Positions 56,045 through 64,000 of a stretch of 64,000 nucleotides of DNA are shown here, one piece after another. A program made the translations under genes and the position numbers. This DNA is from Paramoeba atlantica (taxonomy: Eukaryota > Protista > Discosea): NCBI GenBank assembly GCA_977017575.1, contig CDRNVI010000063.1, forward strand, positions 310,001-374,000, given 5' to 3'. Below the pieces are notes generated by a model that saw only the letters and a list, made by a program, of their open reading frames with translations, ran no database searches and had not been told where the DNA came from. The stretch's first letter is position 1, and each line of letters opens with the position of its first letter.

Positions 56045-57104
56045 CTTCTAAAGACCACATTTTTACTTGCGCTTTTTCCTCTATTTAAATATTATAGCGT
56101 TAACGCTATATTATTTAAATAGAAACTTTAACACTATATTATTTAAATAGCACTATATTATTTAAATAGCGATTTAAATAATATACCGTTCCCCGGGTTA
56201 CATCGCGAAATTTAAATGATGTCGCAGAACATAACCCATTGAACACCAATTTAAATGTTAGAACTACAAAACACTGTGGCGCAACTTTATGATCAAACTG
56301 ACATGATGATGAAACTGACATGGAAGAAAATCGTTCTGAATTAGAAATGGTTCAACATACTAAATCATTCCGGATAGCTCCGATCGGTCACTGGCAAGTC
56401 AGATCCTTCACAGATAGATTTGGAAGTTTCGAGGCCGAAGTCCTCTACCTGTTTTTGTTAGTACAAGGCGGCAACAACGTGCTGCTACCAACCCTTTGCG
56501 TCGACGAATCGTACGGTAAACCCAGGACAATCTTTAAAAAGTTATCATTCCTGCAGCTACGTAGCATTCCTGTAACCGTTATTATTTCCCCCCGGAATGT
56601 TAAACCGGACTGTGGTTTAAAATCCTGGTATGACGGCGTCGTCTTCACCGACGTGTGCACCAAGAACCTTTGTTCATCGATGTTTGTGCGCCATCTGTGT
56701 CCCTCCTTGAAGACCACTGGGCGTGGCTCTGCCTCGCCTTAGCCCGATGCAACGGTCGGTTGCAGTGCACCCCTCCGGCTGTGTAAAGAGGTGGTAAGTT
56801 GTCTGAGAAAAATCCAACACCCCCCTTACTTCACCACACGTCCAGCGACTAAATGTGATGAAGTAAGGGGGGAGGCGAAGTAAGGGGGTGGGGGTAACGG
56901 TATGTTCACGGGAGTTCGCGAAACGCAAAGATCCGCAATCATTCCTTCAGGACGACGGCAATCAAAGACGCCATATCATTTGCAAGCATTGTGGCACAGT
57001 TTTTCATGGTCGATGTATGTAACCGTACTACAGCCATAAGAATGTGACATGCAAGGTGCTGCATCCCAAAGTGGAAAGTAGGCAGGCGGAAATGTCACCC
57101 GTAA

Positions 57105-58220
57105 ATGACATCAAGAAAGTTGAGGTTTTCATTAACAGGCAAAGTTTTGCAGGAGTCAACGTTTATCGAACTGAAGGCCTACCTTGACGATATCACCCTC
57201 CTAGGTGCCCCAGAACACGTTCGGGATGCATTCTCCTTCGTTGTTACTAATGAAGGTTCTTCGTTTCGAATTCGCTGTCCAAAGTCGGTCAAATGCCAGT
57301 ACACATCAAGCGGAACAATTCTCATCCTTCAAAGACACGGAGATCACACATACGTAGCTACGATGGCCAGAAATTATTGGGGGCTTACGTAGCTCAGGAT
57401 CCAGACCTCGAGCAAAAATGTGTGGAAGACCAAGTTCCCAAAATACAGCGATTCGTTGACAAGTTAGCATCTCTACCCAGGCCTGTCGCTTTGACTCTTT
57501 TTCGTAACTGTGGAGCTGCATGGAATTACATAGTTCAAGCGCGTCACCCGAATACAACACTCCGAAATGTACAGAGAACGTCGTGTTCCCAACCCACCCC
57601 CGAAGCACAGAGCCCAAAAGCAACGCCACGTCGACGCTGGATGCTGCGTTAGAGGAAACAACAAGCGCAACGGAGTGCGTTCATCTGTTGCAAGTCAACA
57701 ACACCTACTCCCGGTACTGGCTGCAAGCACTTCCCAATCGATCGGAACACATGATGTCCGAACCGGAATGGCAGATTGCCCACCGACTCCGCTACCTCCT
57801 ACCTACCAAATCTGTTACCTCCTACGTCAGCTCGTTCTTATCGACGTTACCGTGGTGAATCCCCTGGCCGCATCGTATGTGGAGGCCGAAAGCAAAAATC
57901 CAGGCTGCACACTCGCCAAAGCGGAAGCCGAGAAGCTTAAAAAAATGGAGAGATGTCAAACGATAGAGGGGTGGTCCTCTACCCGCTAGCCTTCACGGTC
58001 TTCGGAATCCCGGGGAACGCGACACTCCCTTTTGCGGAAGTTGGGCCGGTAAACTTCCAACCCAAAAGGCAACCCAAAAGGTTACAGAGCACATGATTAT
58101 GGCCACTGGCGCCGCCATCCAACGCGGCAAAGCTCAGATGCTGAGAGCGGCCTCAGGGGAGCAGGACGGTGGTCGGCGTGGGTAAAGGGGGCTTTGTGGG
58201 CCTTTCTTTTCTTGTTTTTA
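57105..58220 (+). mobile_element. CRE/SLACS-clade non-LTR retroposon, 5'-truncated and frameshifted
   Basis: KAYLDDITL (RT), KLLGA, WLQALP, RLE tail LIDVTVVNP...AEAEK and YPLAFTVFG across several frames. Confidence 0.85.
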
Positions 58221-58548
58221 TAGTACTATAATTTTTATCGAACATTCAAGGAGGTACGTGAAAGCCAAAACGTATGGTGGTGAAAGTGTACTGAGTGTAG
58301 TGACCCAAATGTAGTGAATGTGGTGACTCACTACATATGTAGTGAGGTCACTACAGGTCACCTCCAGGGTATGATAGTAGCTTACAGAATAAATACTTGG
58401 TTTTTTTATTTCTTTCAAGGCGCTTAGGGTATGAGTGGAAGTGTAATAATGCATGTGTAATGAGTTGCGAATTTTTTTTCGAACTACTGGATTCAACTTA
58501 TTTGTTTCTCTGATTTTCTTAAATTATCACAATTTTTTCGAACACATT

Positions 58549-58815
58549 ATGTCCCAAATAGGGAGCAACGAAGCGCTCATGGAAAGAATCGCGAGTTCCT
58601 CGGCGAGTGAAACAGAAGGAGCTATCTACAAGGCTGTGCTGGTTTCAACAAAGAGAACTTTTACGAAAGGAGTGTCTGTGTTCACACCTACGCTTACAAT
58701 CACTGAGGAGGAGCTCAGTGCTAAAATCGAAGAAATCTTAGATCTCGAATTGAGCGATGTTTTGCTCATTTTGACAGGTTTCGTTTTTTTCATGGTACCG
58801 AAAGTTAAAAGCTGA
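58549..58815 (+). CDS. Small orphan ORF (MSQIGSNEAL...)
   Basis: 88 aa, protein-like composition, antisense to the cluster. Confidence 0.3.
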   Translation: MSQIGSNEALMERIASSSASETEGAIYKAVLVSTKRTFTKGVSVFTPTLTITEEELSAKIEEILDLELSDVLLILTGFVFFMVPKVKS

Positions 58816-59340
58816 AAGTTGCGAGGCTTTCTATCCCATTGGGGATGTTGCCTCCCCGGAGTAAGCCGAGGTAGCTTTGGGGGAGGCTATCACTCAAAGG
58901 TGGATTTTCATCCAACTTGTCCGCTGAACTATCTTAACCCTTTCAGGTTGAGACATACATGCAAATCCGAAGACTACATGCGTATTTTCCGCAGGACCGA
59001 GAGTGGCCTCCCCCCTGCTTGCTGCTTTTGTTCGGGGGTGTCGATTATCAGCTTCAACGGTTTAGACTCCTCAGCTTCAATGGACCAAGTCTTCAAGGGT
59101 GTTATACCCTTGAGGGTGCTATACCCCCCGAGCGGACTTGCCTCTTCAGCTTCAATGGGCTAAAACCTCAGCTTCAACGATCTCGTACCTCTCCGAATTA
59201 TTACCCTAGCCCCGCTATCACGGACTAGAACCGAACGAAACCGTGCTGAAACAGCATCCACAGCCCTTTATGTACTGTACCCCCTCCCCCCTACTTAATC
59301 ACCGCTTTTTGGGAAAAAGTTTTTTTGTTTGTTTGTTTAT

Positions 59341-59560
59341 TATTGCGGTGGTTGTATAACTACCGCTATACCCTCGATTATTGAAAAAAAAAGTGAACAA
59401 AAACAGTGAAAATATAGAGAACACAGTAATGTAATAGAAGAAAAAATAAAAGGGGGCTCCGGTGGTCCAAAACTGAGAAAAAAATGATAAAAATGGGGGG
59501 TCTAGGGGGGTCCAGGGGGGGTCCAGTGGGGGGTCCAGTGGGGGGTCATGGTCGAGCAAA
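59341..59560 (+). mobile_element. Hairpin-ended family, partial copy
   Basis: Terminal hairpin plus the GGGGGGTCCAG microsatellite. Confidence 0.9.
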
Positions 59561-60649
59561 GTTTTTATAAAAACATATTTTTCGGATCAAATCACAGGAA
59601 ATAGATAAAGATGAGTTTTATGAAAGTTTACAGGAAGCGATAAAACAAAAACCGAGCGGCGAGGTTCCGCATACTGTACTCCCCCCGTTTATAATAGCCT
59701 CGGTTCTGCCCAAATGAACCTATAAAGGGAGGATTAAACGTTGGCACAGAAAGTGTTACAGAGCGAGAATGAGAGCATTGAGTTTAGTGTTACATTGAGT
59801 TTAGAGAAAATGTTACAGAGCCAGAATGAGAGCATTGAGTTTAGTGACCGGGAAGGAGGACGCATTCCCACGGGCAAAAGTATCTCATCCTTCGCCACCG
59901 ACATTACCCCTTCCCTTGCCCCTCCAGGTAACGACGCCGTGTCCAGTCGAATCAGTGTCAAACGAATCAGGAATTACGTCAAACGAATCAGTGTCATTAC
60001 CGGCGAACGCGGGTACATGCGCAGCCGAAGTCCCGCTAGGAGAATCGAAAGAAGCAGGAAAGTGGTGTATTCGCATTAAAAGAACGTGCGCTGTCGCAGC
60101 TGATGCTATAAGAACGGCATCAAGCGCCATGTCCGGTGCAGCATTCAATTCTGTAGACGTGCAAATCCCAGAAACAGGCGGGGTCCGGTCGATCTCTCGG
60201 GTCTCCGTCATTTGACAATGGAATAGCCGCTGCATCTGGAGAAACGGAGGATCACACAGCACACGAGTTTCAGGATTGTTACTCGCCACAAGATCGACGA
60301 GACCAAAGGGCGGATGGAACAGAAGTGAACACAACTGAAAGCATACGGTTCATAGGAGAGAATAGCGGAGATGGAGATTGGACTGATGAGCTAATAAATT
60401 CTGTCGATGTCAAACATCATTTCCCCATACCGGCAGATGAAATATGGAAACAGTCCAAACAGATCAAAGCGGGAGCCAAGGGCACGATTGCGTGGGTTTT
60501 CGACCGGAAGAGCGAGGTGAACGTATCAATCGGACACGTACGCATAGCAAACGAGGAGGATTAGGAAAGTTATCGATAACTTACCAAGGTGTTTATGGAT
60601 ACCGCGTCGCGGAGGAATTTAAAGGAACACTCCCGCCGCAGGAAAGCGT

Positions 60650-63486
60650 CAGGGTGTATCGTTTATTGTGGCATCAGGCACCGCCGGCGATCGATGACAT
60701 CGTGCTACGAGACTCCTTCTTGGAAAATCATCAGTTGCCAGAGAGGAAAGGAACTGGAAACGAAGGGATCGACTACCTCCCGATTCCGACAATGCGAACG
60801 ATCAGTCCTGAATTTATTCCGTGCGTCGTGGCGACACTTCGTGACCAGAAGAACTTCGACCAGAACGTATCCGACGCGCTCTACACGCATGTCGTTCAGC
60901 TGCATCTGCAGAAATACTTGCCTTGCACTTTGTGCAATAGAATGAAGCATGTACTCGAGGTTCGACCACGTGAGGGAGCCCAGCCTTGGTGCATAAATCT
61001 GAAAGCAAACGGATCAGGTGTGTGTGTTTCTTCGTGGTGTTCATACATGAACATTGTGCGCAGCCCGCAACATGATGAAGAAGGCCGTTTCCTTCTTGCT
61101 GTGACCCGCATCCCGGACAATGGCAAATCCCTGAGGCTTTCGGGAGTGATATCCCCAATCGCATCATTATGGAATATCGGAAAAGATAGGGACTGATGTA
61201 ATCATTAGTGGAGACCAAGTGTGAATTCGAGTCCTTTGTTCTGCTAATAACTTCACTTAATCGCTTGTTTGCTTTGATTTCTGACAGCACTTTTGTTTGC
61301 TCTTCGCGAATTGCTTTAGAGGCCTTACTCTTTATTTTCATCGGATTCAAAGTAACGCCACTAACTTTCTCAACAGCTTGTTGACCTACCGGAGCTTTAG
61401 TGGATATTTTATGCTCATCAATAGATCGTCTGGCTGCTTCAAAAAAGTACCGTTGCTTTAAGGTGGACTGAGTGAGACCAAGACCTCCCATTTTTTGCGG
61501 TAGAGTTGCGAGGCGGAGTGAGTCACCTGTGGCGAGAAACCAGTGAGATAATTCTTGATATTTCAACATCGAAGCATTCCGCAATTTTCAGTGTAGCTGC
61601 TGGTTTGTGGACGCGCAAAAAGTAATCCTGTCGTGGAATCGTGCATCGTTGCAACATTGCTAACGAAAGATTGCTTGGGCCCATGATTTGCAAACGTCGA
61701 AAAAGGCATACATGCTTTACTGACTGTCGTACGAGCTTTTCACTAACGTCCTCATTCTCCCCTATGTAGGCGCCTAGGATCTTGACAGATTTCTCCGGTG
61801 ACGATAGACCAGCTTTCTGCAATGCCAATGGACAGTTTTTTGCTCCTTTCTGAAACCACTCTGTTTTATTGCAGTTGACATCAAGTGATAAGTCTTTAGA
61901 AAGTTCTTGAAGATGGAGGAAAGCGGCTTCTAGGGATAAAGTGTTTCGAGATGAAAGCGTGATGTCGTCCATATATGCTCGTATCGTGACTTCAGGAAAA
62001 AGATCGGCTACTTCAGCTAGGATGGGATGTATTAAGCTACAAAAGTAGAGAGATGAGAGCGCTGAACCTTGTCGTACCCCAGATGTGCTTTTGATTGTTG
62101 AATAGAGTGTGTTGTCAGCAAAGAAAAGAAGATCAGATGGCTCGGAGTACTCTAGGAAAAAGAGGCGCATAAATGGTCTGAAAACATCATGCTTTTGAAG
62201 AGTTTATGCAATGGCGATTCTGTTTGGTGTGTTGAATGCGTTGGTGTAATCGACTGTGACGATCTTGTGGTCTGCCTCGTATTCTTCTATCAGTTCATGC
62301 ACAATTTGCTCACACGCATTCTTTTGTAGTATGCCTCGTTGGAAGGGTTGAAAGTGCTTTTTAAGCGCGTCTTCATGTCGTTGCAAAAGAATGATGCCAC
62401 ACACTTTAAGGATGGTCTCTCCTATAGCGACCGCAGCAGTTTATTTATTTGTTTGGGCAAAGCTACTAATCTGCATCTTGTGAGTCGATCACGCACCGAG
62501 TTTGGAATGTCGCCATTGATCACCTCGCGAAACATGTGGCATAAGCAAATGCTGGATTCTTCATCGTCGGCGAGAAGTCGCAACACCGATTCGCTGAAAC
62601 CTGTAGGTCCGGGGGAAGCACCCTTTGCCAATTTGCTGGCTGCTAAGAGGAGTTCGTCTCGTTCAACAATTCCAATGCGCGGAAAGTCAACACTTATCGG
62701 CATTTGAGGCGTTTTCCCGGAAGGATGGAGACTTATTAGAAGAGAAACTTTTTCTTCGATAGTCAGGGGTGATTGTTTGTAGACGTTATCGAGAATACGC
62801 GTTGCTTTGCCTAGGTCTCCTGCTTTGGCCGTTCGTAAAGCATTGCGGATCGCTCGGCGGTCAGTTTCTAACTCTTCTTGTTCTTCTTGGCTGAGCTTGT
62901 CGACGTTGTATTCATATTTACTTTTACTTTTCGGCGCGTGAGTCGTGGCTCGTGTTCGCATTAGCATTTTCCCCACAGTGGTCAAAGCATCTCTCGGAGC
63001 ATTTAGGAACCTGTGCCATAGGGTTTCTTTTTCGGACAGAAGTTGTAAACGAGGATATTCGCGAATTGTCTCTCTGAAAATTGAAACCACATGTACAGCA
63101 AAGGACGGTTCTATTTGAGCTAGCGGTGGAAGTGGTTCCATGTCTCTGTGCGTGTCGGATTCCTTCGTCGTCTCTGACATGCTCTCCGGAAAATTTAGCG
63201 TGTTTACTCCTTTGCTTGGTATTCGATTTATCTTCGTAGCACAGATTTGAAAGACTCGCACTTTGTCAGACTGTGGAAGAAAGAGGTTTCCTTGGGGTCC
63301 GGTTTGTCCTTCAGCAGGGGAGTACGCAATCTTTATACGAACCTGACCTTTCCTTGAGACGCGGGACACTACTTCGCCGACAGAATGAAAAATTTCTTCT
63401 CCGTAGCGGAAGTTCCAAAGGATCTCGCATTGAGTACCGCGGCCCCATTCTGATACAATGTCTTGAACTTGGTCTGGCGCTTTCAA
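60650..63486 (-). mobile_element. CRE/SLACS/CZAR-like non-LTR retroposon, near full length, frameshifted
   Basis: GASPGPTG, RLVALPK, FQRG...DYTNAFN, GVRQGSALS, RAYMDD, KILGA, GGLG, CPGC...HVAGC and CTKC, then a decayed RLE tail (FALSESGG). Confidence 0.93.
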
Positions 63487-64000
63487 AATTCGTGTGCGTG
63501 CCAGCTCACTCTAATAGTCCACGTTTTGAAATTTAGCCGAGGGGCTGTTATGTATTTGCCTGCTGGCCCTTCGGGGCACATAGTTTCTTCGAATTATGTT
63601 TTGTATTCAGAATTTTACATGGGATGGGTATTTACTATTATCTTATATATCCTTGTTAGGTTGTTATTTTACTTCGCTTTAAGTTTTTGTGCCCACCCAC
63701 CAAGCCCCCAGCCATTTGGCCGAGGGTTCCGGTGGGGGGGAATCCCGTTAACAACGTGACACATGATTATTGGTTTTATGCAGGCTTTCTTTTGAACTAT
63801 GTTTGTGCATGTGAATTCTATCTATATATCGTATTATGTGTTCTTTGATTTTGGGACGATTTGGAAGTGTGATTATATTAGTCATAGGTATTTACTTATA
63901 TTTGTTTGTTACTTATAAGTTTCATAGAGCCCCCTCGGCGTGGATTTCATACACAGATCGTCGGATGACATTGTTTCAGATGAGGTACTTAGGCCATCGG

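Larger units (their letters stand above)
54811..56200. mobile_element. TIR element with ends TAACCCGGGGAACGGTATATTATTTA and about 20-bp subterminal repeats
   Basis: Perfect 26-bp inverted ends; ACTATATTATTTAAATA(A/G)C repeats inside both ends. Confidence 0.88.

Noticed and set aside
54837-56110. Spliced-leader exon suggested by TAACGCTATA
   Set aside because: Part of the AT-rich subterminal repeats of a TIR element; no ACAGTTTCTG core, splice donor or Sm site
60375-60420. Hammerhead ribozyme suggested by CTGATGAG
   Set aside because: No properly placed GAAA or flanking stems
63520-63760. HDV-like ribozyme at the CRE 5' end
   Set aside because: AGC-CCCTCG-GCT could be P3/L3, but P1, P1.1 and P2 partners could not be assembled by eye
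1-64000. Fanzor/TnpB or other RNA-guided nuclease in the transposons
   Set aside because: No ORF or relic with a split RuvC plus zinc-finger pattern was seen

Overview
Eukaryotic, AT-rich window in which all recognisable housekeeping genes are intronless and on the minus strand: two MATE paralogs, RFC small subunit, DGAT2, DEDDh exonuclease, UBC13, CCT2, trypanosomatid-type iPGAM, LRR proteins, a rhomboid-like protein and others. That layout is a kinetoplastid-style directional gene cluster. The short LRR family and the Merlin transposon point to a Perkinsela-like prokinetoplastid, which is an inference and not a database result. The window opens with about 13 copies of a 280-bp satellite. 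Intergenic DNA is unusually rich in mobile elements for a kinetoplastid. These include a decayed Merlin, a decayed Tc1/IS630 DD34E-type element with related TA-flanked MITEs, and an hAT-like element with a perfect 8-bp TSD. There is also a high-copy hairpin-ended family resembling Helentron non-autonomous elements, two CRE/SLACS-like retroposon remnants, a VIPER/TATE-like recombinase remnant and two three-level nested insertions. The most unusual object is a roughly 480-nt, highly structured, tRNA-headed Pol III-type unit at about 34385-34866 (minus strand), a candidate SINE or novel ncRNA. Coordinates were read by eye and TE boundaries may be off by a few bases.
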